A DNA stretch of 64,000 bases from Candidatus Fermentibacterota bacterium (GCA_963845085.1 CAWJQI010000004.1:835232-899231), one strand, 5' to 3'. Shown: positions 51,709-62,506, counted from the first letter of the stretch. Program-made: numbers and translations. Notes: generated by a model from the letters alone, not told the origin.

Positions 51709-53030
51709 TACTCCATCTCCTCTCTTCTGAGCGCAACAATGTACAGCTTGTATGACTCAACGAAGAAGGCAAGTACACTGCCGTCAGGCCTCGGAAGAAC
51801 CCAGTTGTTCGGACCAAGGTAATCCAGAGAATGGTTGAAAGAGTGAGTAACGCCATAACTGTCTGATACAGGAACGAGCAGTAAAGGTGTCATTGCAGGC
51901 GATACTACAGCTATCGCTTTTGACTCTGCTCTTTCTGAAACTGCTCCGATTGTCCAATAGTCGTCTGAGATTCCAAGCACCCAGAAGTAGAAATTGCTGA
52001 TTCCAATCCTCATGTTACTAAGCCCTTCCTCAAAGAGCTCATTAGGTGAATACGATCTTCTCTCCACAAATCTGGAAGCTACAGAACCGAGTGTAAAAAA
52101 ATGCGTAAGGTTGGTATCAGTGACCACACTTGCGTAACTGCAAGAGCCATTTGATACAGCCGTTACCATGGAATTCGAGGGCCATGAATACTCCGCTGAA
52201 TCAAGGATGCCACCGGTCCTTCCATCCAGCTTGTACATGGAACCGTTTCTTGTAAGGCAGAAAACAGTATTCCCATCCGGTGTGATTTGCACATCCACTG
52301 GAAAATCACCCTCCTCGATTCTGAAGACCCAGAGAAGGTTTCCGTCCCAGTCAAAGGCTCCCATCGCCGGAAACCCGTACCCCGGAAGACCGGCAACGAA
52401 AATGTCCTCCTCGCTTGCGACATCAAAGTATCTGAAACTGTGTTCAACCTCAACAAACTTCGGCGCAGCGGAAAGGTTCTCTCGGTCATACACGTTGAAC
52501 CCATGAAGCTGATCCTGGTTGCTGTCAGTCACGCCAATGACGCGTCCTGAACCTGATACGAGAAGACCTGCGGAGGCTCCACCCGGAGCGGGATCAAAGG
52601 TTTCTGCAGTCCAATTGTCGATATCGATGAGAACGGCAGTGTCCCCGTGATAAATGTAATCACTCGCGACGGTTCGTTCCGCTCCTTCCCTGAGGGATTG
52701 AACGGCGATGAAACGGCCGTTTGTAGAAGTGGCTACCCTTCTTGTTAGAGAGGTAAGGATGTACTCTCTAGGGGATGTCCAGTCTTCCTGCAGAACCACG
52801 ACTTTGTCATCCCCCACGATGACAACCCTCCAGACCTCTACATTACCGGATCTTACGATGAAGGCATCAGCGTAATAACCGTCGTACATTATTGGGGCTG
52901 CGTACTCTGCGGGATCGATTGTCACAAGGCTACTGATTGTCCATCCAGGCGCAACCCACCAGTCTTCAGGAACGGTGTTGGAGGAGAGTGATGACTGTGC
53001 GAGAAGGACAGAAACGATTAGTGGCAACAT
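51708..53030 (-). CDS. Secreted beta-propeller-like protein
   Basis: AGGAG RBS, signal peptide, DWDGNLLW / ITPDG / LDGRTG motifs; translationally coupled to the next gene. Confidence 0.7.
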   Translation of the reverse strand: MLPLIVSVLLAQSSLSSNTVPEDWWVAPGWTISSLVTIDPAEYAAPIMYDGYYADAFIVRSGNVEVWRVVIVGDDKVVVLQEDWTSPREYILTSLTRRVATSTNGRFIAVQSLREGAERTVASDYIYHGDTAVLIDIDNWTAETFDPAPGGASAGLLVSGSGRVIGVTDSNQDQLHGFNVYDRENLSAAPKFVEVEHSFRYFDVASEEDIFVAGLPGYGFPAMGAFDWDGNLLWVFRIEEGDFPVDVQITPDGNTVFCLTRNGSMYKLDGRTGGILDSAEYSWPSNSMVTAVSNGSCSYASVVTDTNLTHFFTLGSVASRFVERRSYSPNELFEEGLSNMRIGISNFYFWVLGISDDYWTIGAVSERAESKAIAVVSPAMTPLLLVPVSDSYGVTHSFNHSLDYLGPNNWVLPRPDGSVLAFFVESYKLYIVALRREEME

Positions 53031-53469
53031 TATCCTGCTCCTTTTCGGGCTAAAAAAACGATGTAATAACTAATACCGTAAGTTAGCATGACAGTAGTCA
53101 GTTATGCTTGCACACAGTGAAAATGACTGGCATTTCACTCCTATGTGTTACAACAACGACAATTTTATCTCCGTATAAACAATGCACTGGCAGGAAGTGT
53201 CATGTCAATCCCAGTTCAGGTGTACTGTGGTTTCTTATGTAGGTGCAACTTTACTTACATACGCTCTTATTGCCCTCATTACCCCAGAGATGGACTGTTG
53301 GTGTGCTGGCGATTTGACTTGCATCCATCGCAGGAATGGAGAACTGCTGTTGACAATTCTCTACGGTGATTGGGCAGCTAAACTCATAAGACACCCAGCC
53401 GGGATGATCATTGAGACCTCACTCGGAATTCGTCTCATGGCAAGGTGACAATGGGCTTCAGCCTTCCCG

Positions 53470-53625
53470 GGCAGGCTTGTTGATGATATTGCAGAAGAAG
53501 TGTTCCCGGCTGGAAAGCACATGCTGTGCTTGGAACGCCTTCCCTGCTCTTGCAGCGGGATGTTACCTTGTAAGGTTGCTTCCGAGAGTGTGATTGACAC
53601 AGAGACCTGTGTTTTGCTGCACTGA
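53470..53625 (+). pseudogene. Frameshifted relic of a FlgD/T9SS-type CTD
   Basis: GRLVDDIAEEVFPAGKH / WNAFPALAAGCYLVRL / SESVIDTETCVLLH* in three consecutive segments separated by two frameshifts. Confidence 0.6.
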
Positions 53626-53718
53626 AAGAGTGAATTGATAGAAGGGGGGTGCCCCTCTTAATGGTGAAAACCATGAATCGCTTTATGCGCTATATTACAT
53701 TACTAAATCAATAGTATT

Positions 53719-53795
53719 TGGTACGCCCGTAGGGAATCGAACCCCAAACCTTCTGGTCCGTAGCCAGATGCTCTATCCAATTGAGCTACGGGCGC
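53719..53795 (-). tRNA. tRNA-Arg(ACG)
   Basis: GCGCCCGTAGCTCAATTGGATAGAGCATCTGGCTACGGACCAGAAGGTTTGGGGTTCGATTCCCTACGGGCGTACCA: cloverleaf, anticodon ACG, encoded CCA. Confidence 0.97.
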
Positions 53796-53833
53796 ACCGG
53801 GAGGCGTAAACTACTAATTCATAAGGGGTCCGG

Positions 53834-54727
53834 TCAAGCTCCCCTTTGGTAGATCTCGCTGTAGCGAAGCTGCAGGGAGCCACCGGCGGGAAGCGTTAGG
53901 CTCGGAACAAAACCTTCCCCGGGCTGTGTAACGGCCCCTCTCGGAAGCCTCTCGGGGAGAACAACTCTCAGTCTGATGCTGCTGCCCGTAGTTGATCGGA
54001 TATCAAGGGTGCAGTTGTAGCCGTTGCTTCGCGTGGTCCAGGTCAGGTCTGTTCGGACCAGATGATCGGCCGGGAGCCAGAGCGTATCGTTCCTTATCAT
54101 GGCAGCATCTGTGCCTGGAAGTGGCGGAGGCTGGGTCAGCATGGGAATCGCGATTACTGCATTCCATCTGCCAAGCGTCGGGAAGCCGTAAACAAGAAGG
54201 GTTTCCGGGGGAGAGGCATCGATCTCCCACCATGGAATAACCGCGCCCTCGAAAGGTATGACAACCCCGCCGCTGCTGCGGGCGAGTATGCCGCCGCTTG
54301 CAGAGAGCTTCACACTGTCAGCGTTCCAGGTTTCACCGGTCCTGTTCGTTATCAGTGCGGTGCCGGTGGTCCGCTCACCGGGGTTTATCCGAAGTTCCCA
54401 GTTGAGCCCCTCGATGTGGAGTGCCACCCGCGGTTCTCCGCTGTGATAAAGTATTGGAAACGGGGAGTTTTCAAGAAGTGCTCCAATACCGGTTGTGTCC
54501 GCCGGATAGGACGTAAGTTCGAGAAGGGTCACGCCCGCAGTTGCCAGGTTGCCGGCAAACTCGACGGGTGAACCGCATGACGGTGTACCTGTTACAACGG
54601 CGTCACTCTCGGGGTCGAGAAGAATTGCCACACCGCGCAGATCTCTTGAAGCATACCCCGTGCAGCTTCTGTCGGCGCAGGCGCACAGGGCAAGCAGAGT
54701 CAGGACACTGGCCAAAACCGGTTTCAT
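53834..54727 (-). CDS. Hypothetical exported protein or lipoprotein
   Basis: Signal peptide LLALCAC; ITNRTGETW. Confidence 0.6.
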   Translation of the reverse strand: MKPVLASVLTLLALCACADRSCTGYASRDLRGVAILLDPESDAVVTGTPSCGSPVEFAGNLATAGVTLLELTSYPADTTGIGALLENSPFPILYHSGEPRVALHIEGLNWELRINPGERTTGTALITNRTGETWNADSVKLSASGGILARSSGGVVIPFEGAVIPWWEIDASPPETLLVYGFPTLGRWNAVIAIPMLTQPPPLPGTDAAMIRNDTLWLPADHLVRTDLTWTTRSNGYNCTLDIRSTTGSSIRLRVVLPERLPRGAVTQPGEGFVPSLTLPAGGSLQLRYSEIYQRGA

Positions 54728-54745
54728 GGGCTATCTATCCCCCCT

Positions 54746-55492
54746 ATGGAGGTCGGAATGGTTACATCAGCGCGTAATCTAAGCTTCAGTCGCTCCTTCC
54801 GCGAGGGCATGGCGGAATTCCTGGACCTTCGCAACCTTGTGATCCTCATAGCAGTTCCCGTAATAGTCGCCCTTGTATCACTTGTTGAGAACCAGTTGGA
54901 GATGCGGGGGCTGATTGGTCCCTACAGCCGTAACCAGACGCTCCGTATGCTTTTGTGGAATGTCACCGTGATCGTGTCACTGGTTGCCCTGGTCAGGGGA
55001 AGCCTCAGCTTCAGGAAGTTCTGGTCATATGAGAACCCCGTCCCCGGCAGGGCGTCCCGCTCTGAACTACCCGGTGCGCTGGCCGCCCTCTCGATCATGT
55101 ATCTCATCGTGCTGTGCATAATGGGTTCGGCGGTAATGCTGGCCACGCATGAACTGAACCTTTCCGGGCTGCTGTTCCTCGTCGGCTGGTGCACGCCTTT
55201 GCTTTTTTGGGCGGCCTGCCTTGCAGCATTGCTGTCAACCCTTGCAGACGGCCCCGGTGCGGCATGGCTTGGCGCAGGTGTGTTTCACCTCTCAGTTGCG
55301 CCTGGGTTGTTCGGAAGAGAGGTCCCCCAGTGGATCGTACCGTCAGCCGGAAAACTTATCGCTGCCACCGTCGAAGGTTACTTCCATCCTGAAAGCCTTT
55401 TGATCCTTCTGCTGCATTCGATAGTCTATATCATACTCGCACAGAGGATTCACGCTTTCAGAAGCCGGGAAGCATCCAGGCGTTGGCAATGA
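54746..55492 (+). CDS. Hypothetical multi-pass membrane protein (ABC-2 permease-like)
   Basis: About six hydrophobic segments. Confidence 0.6.
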   Translation: MEVGMVTSARNLSFSRSFREGMAEFLDLRNLVILIAVPVIVALVSLVENQLEMRGLIGPYSRNQTLRMLLWNVTVIVSLVALVRGSLSFRKFWSYENPVPGRASRSELPGALAALSIMYLIVLCIMGSAVMLATHELNLSGLLFLVGWCTPLLFWAACLAALLSTLADGPGAAWLGAGVFHLSVAPGLFGREVPQWIVPSAGKLIAATVEGYFHPESLLILLLHSIVYIILAQRIHAFRSREASRRWQ

Positions 55493-56009
55493 TGAACTCC
55501 ATGACTTCATCAATCGCAGGCACAGCCTCTCTGGGAGCCATTCCATAGATCAGAACTGCATACCCGTCCCTGAACACCCCGTATGCACAACCGCGGTACA
55601 TTACGTTCGAGCCGGAGAGCAGGTTGAAGTTCACCGAGGCGGTGAGACCGATTGAACGCACTCCAAGGTGGGATACGGCAGTGCTGCCCTCGGCCCAGTT
55701 CATGGAACCGAACACAACGCCCGTTGTAATGTCAGGTGGAAGAACAGCCTCAAGGTTCTGCCTGAGCCACTGACCCCTGTCAACGGAACTGAGTTCCTCC
55801 TCAAGCTGCCAGTAGTGAATACGATAATCGTAACCCTGAGAACCGGGACGGGAAGCTATCACGCCCGTTTCCGCATTGATCACACCCTCCGCAGGGGGGG
55901 TCAGCTCGCCGGGAAGCCATCCGAATGCAAGGCCCGGGTATTCGATCACATATGCCGGTTCGGCGGAAACCGTTGTTGCGAGCATTGTCAGAAGAATGAC
56001 GGGTATCAT
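55458..56009 (-). CDS. Hypothetical secreted protein
   Basis: AAGGGAG RBS, signal peptide. Confidence 0.65.
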   Translation of the reverse strand: MIPVILLTMLATTVSAEPAYVIEYPGLAFGWLPGELTPPAEGVINAETGVIASRPGSQGYDYRIHYWQLEEELSSVDRGQWLRQNLEAVLPPDITTGVVFGSMNWAEGSTAVSHLGVRSIGLTASVNFNLLSGSNVMYRGCAYGVFRDGYAVLIYGMAPREAVPAIDEVMEFIIANAWMLPGF

Positions 56010-56070
56010 TGTCTCCCTTTCGGATTGATGGCGGATTCACCGCACCATAGAATAGCACAATGGAGGTACT

Positions 56071-56580
56071 GTGAACGAAAAGATACTGCTTGTCGAGGAT
56101 GATGTCGCGCTTGCTGCACTGGTCTCCCGCTACCTGTCGGGGCACGGTCTGCTGCCCAAAAGTGAGCACGTAGATGTTGCAGCTGTTGCCGACGAGGTTG
56201 CAGCCTCTGAGACATGGGGCAGGGAGGGAATCGAGATTTCGCTGACCGGTGAGGCATCGGTTACCACTGACAGGGAGATGGTCGTAAGGGTGCTTTCCAA
56301 CCTTTTATCGAACGCAGTCAGACACGCTTCGACAAGGGTGGAGGTTGAGATCGCGGGAAGCGCCACTGCCGTTAAGATACAGGTGAGCGATGACGGACCG
56401 GGTTTTCCGCCGGGCATCCTTTCCGCAGGCTTCATCCCGTTCATGAAGGGAGGGAACAGCCAGGGTGTCGGCCTTGGAATGTCGATCGCAAAGCGTGCCG
56501 CATCGATCATCGGCGGAGAGATCCTTGCGGAGAACACCGCTCAAGGCGGAGCAAGGGTGACTCTGGTAATCCCCGTATAA
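56071..56580 (+). pseudogene. In-frame fusion of a response-regulator N-terminus to a histidine kinase HATPase_c domain
   Basis: KILLVEDD..LVSRYL (~27 aa) joined to NLLSNAVRHA..DDGPG..GVGLG. Confidence 0.7.
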
Positions 56581-56585
56581 GAGAA

Positions 56586-56607
56586 GGGGGCGGGTTTCCC
56601 CGCCCCC
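56586..56607. terminator. Hairpin between convergent genes
   Basis: GGGGGCGGG-TTTC-CCCGCCCCC. Confidence 0.6.
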
Positions 56608-56616
56608 GGCCATTCC

Positions 56617-59442
56617 CTACAGCTTGTGCTTGATCTTAACGTTCCAGTCGATAAGGATCGGGCTGGCAACGAAGATCGAGGAATAGGTTCCGACCAGCAC
56701 ACCGATCATGAGGGTGAAGGCGAAATCCCTGAGTGTGCCCGGCGCGAATATGAAGAGCATGAGGACCGCGGCGAAGGTTGTTGCCGATGTGATGATGGTC
56801 CGGCTGAAAGTCTCGTTTATGCCCTTGTTGACAACCTCTTCGAATGTGCGGCCCTTCCGGAGCCGTGCATCCTCCCTTATGCGGTCGAATACGACGATCG
56901 TATCGTTGATGGAGTAGCCCACGATCGTGAGGAGCGCTGCGACTATGGTCAGTGAGACCTCGATCCGGAAGATGGCCAGCAGTCCCACCGTAATAAGGAT
57001 GTCATGAAACAGCGCAGCCACTGCGGCAACGCCCCACTTGAACTGGAACCGGTACCAGATGTAAAGGATGATGAAGAACATGGCAATGAATATGGCATTG
57101 ACCGCCTGCGACCTCAGCTCGGTCCCCACCCTGGGGCCGATCTGTTTGATGAAGGCAGCGCCTTCCTCATCGGTGCTCTCGTCCATCAAGCGGCAGTCCA
57201 CCCGTCCCAGGACCTCGTAGACGCTGTCCTTGTCACTGCTTGAGGTCATGATGACGAATGCGTTGCCTTCGCCGGTCCAGTCGGAAAGAGCCTGCACCTG
57301 AACGCCCTGGAGGCCGTTCTGGGTAAGACTTTGAGCGAGGTCTTCACTGGAATCGAAGGCGGTGGTGATAACGTTCGTTTCCAAACCGCCGGTGAAGTCG
57401 ATGGACAGGTTCAGGCCACCCCCTGCGAAGTAACCGATCACACCGATTAGAATGGCCACAGCGGAGCCGATGTAGAACTTTTTCCTGTGTTTCGTAATCT
57501 CGTAGTGGGCATCACGGATCAGCGCAAGGCTTCCCATACCGATGCTCGTCCGCTCGGCGCGTCTGAGCAGCATGGCGAAGTATCCCCTTGAGAACACCAG
57601 GGCACAGAACATGGAAGCCAGGATGCCTATGGAAAGCGTGACGGCGAAGCCTCTGATTGGACCCGTACCAAAGCGGTACAGAACCATGGCTGTAATGAGG
57701 GTGGTGAGGTTGGCGTCGAGGATTGTGACGAACGCCCTGCTGTAACCTGCATCGACAACGGTTCTGATCCCCTTGCCGGCCCTTCTCTCCTCACGCATCC
57801 GCTCGTAGATGAGCACGCTTGCGTCAACCGCCATGCCGATGGTGAGGATGATGCCCGCGATGCCTGGCAATGTAAGGGTGGAGTTCATACCGCTCAACCC
57901 AAGCTGGGCCAGGGGACCCGGGAAGCACAAAAAGCCGAAAATGATCAGCATGTCGAACACAAGCGCAAGGATGGCGATGAATCCGCTGAGCCCGTAGTAG
58001 ATGATCATGAATACCGTGATCACAAGAAGCGCAATCATGCCTGCGAGAAGGCCGTTTGCGATGGATCTGCGACCAAGGCTCGGGCCTATCATCTGCTCCT
58101 CGGCGATTACGAGCCGCGCGGGAAGCGATCCGGCCTTGAGGACAAGCCTGAGATCACGCGCCTCGTCAACGGTGAAGCCGCCGGACAGACGCGTTCCACT
58201 GCCGGAGATCCTCTCCCTTATCGTGGCCACGGAATAGACGCTTCCATCAAGTATTATGGAAACGCGCTGCTCGACGTTCTCGCCAGTTATCGCTCCCAGT
58301 TCTCGGCTCCCTCGTCGTCGAACTCGAGTATGAGGCCAGGTTCGTTGGTGAGGGACTGGTCGTTGCCCATCTGGATCCGGACGTCGCTCAGGTTTGCTCC
58401 CGTAAGGCGGTAGTAGGACCTGTCTATGTCGGCCTGCCTGTCCCAGCCCCGCGTGGCATCGGTCGGAACGAGGAACACACCGACGCACATACCGATCTCC
58501 GGAACTTCCTCGGGGCGGGTGTAGGCGAAGGAAAGGTTGTCACGCTCAAGGATGGCTTTGGCTTCGGGAGAGTTCACGATGTCCTGGAACTCGTCGAAGT
58601 TCTCTCCCACAACGAGCACCCAGTCACCCGGTGAGATTCGAAGCGGCCTGAACCGGTCGTCGGCGATGGTGATCAGCGAGCCGAGCCTGCCCGAAGCCTC
58701 GAGAAGAAGGGGTTCGGTGGTGTCTTCCGTGACCGGCTCGGGAAGGGTCGCTTCCTGGGGGAAGCGAAAACCCCGTGCTGTCAGCGACCGATACGCTGTC
58801 GGGAGACGCCGTGGTGTCAACGACTGCAACTGTCTCTTCAACGGGCTGCGGAGCAACCCCCTCGAGAGCATCCTCTATGTCCCTGATGGTCTGAATTGAT
58901 GACGGAGATGTCTGGTTGTTCGTCTGGTTCGGGTATGCGACCATCTTGAATTCGAGAAGTGCCTGCCGCTCAACGATTGCACGGGCCCTCGCCGGATCCC
59001 TCACGCCGGGAAGCTGGACGACGATGCGGTCATCCCCCTGACGGGTGATCGAAGGCTCGGAAACACCGAATTCGTCGATTCGGTTTCTGATCACTTCGAG
59101 TGCCTGATCAAGGGCTTCTTCAGGGTTGAGGCCGGGAGTCGGTTCCACCGTGTAGGCAAGGTACATGCCCCCCTGCAGATCAAGCCCGAGCTTGATGGTG
59201 CCCTGGCTGAGGTCGTAGATGTCACGGTAGTGCTGTACTTCGCTTTCACCGCCATCGGCGAGCATCTGGTCGATCAGTGAGCGGAAGTATGGGTTGGTGG
59301 TTTCTGTCTGGACGCTCGCTTCAGCCTTGTCCCTCTCGAGTGACGGGATCGAATACCACCGAATGGTGGGCCATATCATGATAACCGCCACCGCGAAGAG
59401 TGCCACGGAACTCCAGATGCGCCATTTGTCGGCTCGCTTCAT
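56617..59442 (-). CDS. secDF: Fused SecD/SecF protein translocase subunit; frameshifts at about 58760 and 58290
   Basis: LGLDLQGG, RIDEFGVSEP, GPSLG, GMAVDA, IDFTGG, GYSINDTIVVFDRIRE across three ORFs. Confidence 0.92.
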
Positions 59443-59583
59443 ACATCATCCCTTTCAGAGGAGAATTGCTTTATGGAACAATGAAAATGAACACACCACA
59501 AACGACATTCACCGCCGGGGTGACTGCCGGTCGAATTATAAATCATTGAAAGATACGCAAAGGCAGTGTCTTTGACCACCTGC

Positions 59584-60027
59584 CTACAATGGTGCCTTCA
59601 ACTCCATCCGAAGTGGACTCCCGTCGGGCAGGGTGGCGATGAAAGTCAGCCCTCCTTCGGCTCTCTGCCTTGTTTCGATAAGTGTGATGCTGCAGTCGCG
59701 GAGAAGCCTTGTCATCCTCAGATTGGCCTGTGTGACTGTGTACGCGGCAATGTCGAGGTCCATTGTGAGTATGGTCGTGTCGCCTGAGAACGACTGTCTT
59801 GGGAGGTTGCCGTAAATAAGCGCCGAGCAGCCCTGTGCAAGCCGGTCGACCGGGTCCGAAGGGTTTTCAACCAGGTTCGTCTCCCCTCCGGCGCCGCTGC
59901 TTATCATCCCTGCGTTCAGCCCCGGCATGAACGCAGTCACAGCAATGCCGCCGGCGCAGATCAGCAACAGCATTATGACAAGAACCTCGCCGGGTTTCAT
60001 TGAGGGCCTTTCCACTTGTTGCACCAT
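59584..60027 (-). CDS. Hypothetical protein with N-terminal TM segment
   Basis: AGGAG RBS; VLVIMLLLICAGG hydrophobic stretch. Confidence 0.55.
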   Translation of the reverse strand: MVQQVERPSMKPGEVLVIMLLLICAGGIAVTAFMPGLNAGMISSGAGGETNLVENPSDPVDRLAQGCSALIYGNLPRQSFSGDTTILTMDLDIAAYTVTQANLRMTRLLRDCSITLIETRQRAEGGLTFIATLPDGSPLRMELKAPL

Positions 60028-60088
60028 TTGCATCTCCTGGCCTATCTTTCCGTCTGCGGAGGAAACTGTCAACCCTGCGGGAGGATGG

Positions 60089-60825
60089 ATGAAAACAGCC
60101 TGGTGCGCACCTGTTCTTGCCGCGGTATGTGCGGCGACCCCGGGGAACCTTGGTCCCGGAGCCTTGTCCGGGGTGCCTGGCCTCGGGTTGTCAGATGTTC
60201 TCCAGACAGGGCATCTCCGCTTCAGGACCGGGTTTGAATATACCGATATGCAGGACGACGGAAGCAGCAGGGCTGTTCCGGCAGCCGTCTGTTTCGGGAT
60301 ATCGGAGGGATTCGAAATCGGAGCCTCCCTTCCGCTGCGCCTATCCGATCCCGGCCATGACGGGATGAGCACCGGTGATCTCACACTGTCTGGAGCCATG
60401 CTGTATGAAACCGCCAGGGGCGGAACCGCGATCAAGTTTACCGGATCGGTGTTTCTCCCATCGGGGGAGGAACCCCGCGACCAGGGAGCCGGACTGGGAG
60501 CGGGTGCCGTCACCAGCACCACATTCCGACTGTTCCGTTTTTCTGCATCGGGAGCCTACCGGGTAATGGGCGGTCAGGATCCGGCACATGCCCGATGGAA
60601 TGATTCCGTGGCATTTTCCTTTGGAGGCATGAGTTTTCTGGGTGAAAGGGCAGCCGTGTTCGCATCCTTGTCGGGCGATACCGAAGGTGCTTTGCAGCTG
60701 CAGGCCGGAGCTTCCCTTGAACCGTGGAGGGAACTGGTGATCGATGGTTCGATAGTCACCGACATGGCCTCGCACGGGAATCACGGCATCCTGCTCGGGG
60801 CATCCTGGACAGTCGTTGAATCTGA
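60089..60825 (+). CDS. Hypothetical secreted beta-barrel-like protein (3' end uncertain)
   Basis: GGAGG RBS, signal peptide, alternating beta strands ending GILLGASW; the ORF track reads through into nifS. Confidence 0.55.
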
Positions 60826-60828
60826 TCC

Positions 60829-61958
60829 TCAGGTGTACGGGGAAATCGCCCTGAGTTTCATGACTATTCCGGCAAGAGCGTTCAGTGCGAAATCGATTTC
60901 CTCCCCGGTCGTGAACCTGCTCAGGCTGAAACGCACCGCGCTGTTCGCAAGGTTGTGGTCCAGACCCATCGCCATCAGCACATGGCTGGGATCCTTGCTT
61001 CCCGTGCTGCATGCCGAACCTGAGGATGCATAGATTCCCTGAAGGTCGAGAAGAGTTAGAACAGCCTCGCTCTCGATACCCCGGAAGATGACCGTGGAAG
61101 TATTGGGAAGCCTTGGAGATTCCTCCGCCATGATCAAAGCGCCGGGGCAGCCGGCCTTCACGCCTGACTCAAACCGCTGGAGCAGTTCCGCCACCACGCC
61201 TTCCTCCTGCAGATGCGCGAGCGCAAGTTCGGCGGCCTTGCCCAAACCAATGATTCCCGCTGCGTTGTAGGTTCCGGCTCGCATCCCCTTTTCCTGATGA
61301 CCGCCTGTCAGCAGGGGGGAAGCGGGATGCCCCTTCTCAGGTAGAGTGCACCCACTCCCTTGGGACCGTGAAACTTGTGGGCAGAGAGGCTGAGCATGTC
61401 GACTCCGAGTTCGGTCACGCTGACAGGGATCTTGCCCACAGCCTGAACTGCGTCGGTATGAAACGGCACACCGGCTGCGTGTGCAGCAGCAGCAGCTTCC
61501 TTCACCGGCATCAGTGTTCCGGTCTCGTTGTTTGCGAACATCACGCTTGCCACTGAAGCGCCTTCAACTGATGCTCTGAAGGTTTTCATATCAAGTTTTC
61601 CGGATGTGTCGACCCCAACGATTCTTGCCGGTCCGCCAAGCTGCATGGCTGTTTCAAGGACAGCGGGGTGTTCGACCGCAGTTGTCACCACTGGCCCGCC
61701 CCTGAGGGCAACACAGCCGCGAAGAGCCATGTTGTCACTTTCCGTGCCGCCCGACGTGAAAATGATCTCGTCGGGGTTCGCACCGATCAGTGCTGCCACC
61801 CGCTCCCTCGCCCATGCTATCCTCTCCATGACCGAGCTGCCGAAAGTGTGAAAACTCGAAGGATTTCCAAACTCGTTCCCAAGGAACGGCATCATCTCCG
61901 CAAGCACTTCTGCATCAACCGAAGTGGTGGCGTTGTTGTCGAGATAAACCCGTCTCAT
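60829..61958 (-). CDS. nifS: Cysteine desulfurase; frameshift at the G6 tract 61314-61319
   Basis: [34 protein letters not shown], then RAGT, SSGSAC. Confidence 0.93.
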
Positions 61959-62503
61959 TTCGGAGACCGCTTTACCAGAACGCCGTGGCCGAGTTTTTTC
62001 TCGAGGAGCAGCTGCAGTTTTGCGGCATCATCCTCCCCGCCCCTGACCATCACCCAGCGGGGGTGGACCTTCACAACCTCAAGCCCCTTCAGGCCGGGAA
62101 GGAGGTCATCAACAGCCGCCCTGACCTGTTCCCGTTTGTCCCTGAAATCCTTTACCGCCGCCTTCAGTGCCTGCTGGCCCATCACTGAACAGTGATACTT
62201 CTCCGGAGGCATCCCGCCCAGGAAATCCGCGATCTGGCTGTTCTTGACCTTCAGGGCCTCATCGATCGGAAGCCCCTTGACCATCTCAGTAAGCGCCGAT
62301 GCGCTGGCGATCGCTCCGGCACAGCCGAAGGTTCGGAAGCGGATCTCGCTTATGCGATCGTCCTGGTCTATCTCTATGTCCAGGTTCATCGCATCGCCGC
62401 ACTGCGGGGAACCAACCTCGGAGTGGCCGTCGGGGTTGTCAATCGTGCCAACGTTCCTCGGGTTCATGAAATGGTCCATCAGAACCTCTGTGTACTTCCA
62501 CAC
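61955..62503 (-). CDS. nifU: Fe-S scaffold NifU/IscU N-terminal-domain protein
   Basis: [22 protein letters not shown]. Confidence 0.9.
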   Translation of the reverse strand: MWKYTEVLMDHFMNPRNVGTIDNPDGHSEVGSPQCGDAMNLDIEIDQDDRISEIRFRTFGCAGAIASASALTEMVKGLPIDEALKVKNSQIADFLGGMPPEKYHCSVMGQQALKAAVKDFRDKREQVRAAVDDLLPGLKGLEVVKVHPRWVMVRGGEDDAAKLQLLLEKKLGHGVLVKRSPK

Positions 62504-62506
62504 GGA

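Larger units (their letters stand above)
40993..53727. mobile_element. Tandem array of integrase-less integrative cassettes at the tRNA-Arg 3' end
   Basis: Core TGGTACGCC at 42748, 44559, 46689 and in the tRNA (53719); each internal core is followed by the same HTH element; left boundary approximate. Confidence 0.75.

Noticed and set aside
53660..53727. Read-through fusion of an upstream ORF into the HTH across the core on an excised circle
   Set aside because: In the TGG-TAC-GCC frame a TAA at 53704-53706 lies just upstream, so no fusion is possible for unit A.
60826..61033. About 200-bp antisense overlap of ORF 59927-61033 with nifS
   Set aside because: The protein-like sequence ends near GASW at about 60810. 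The extension is probably a lost stop caused by an indel.
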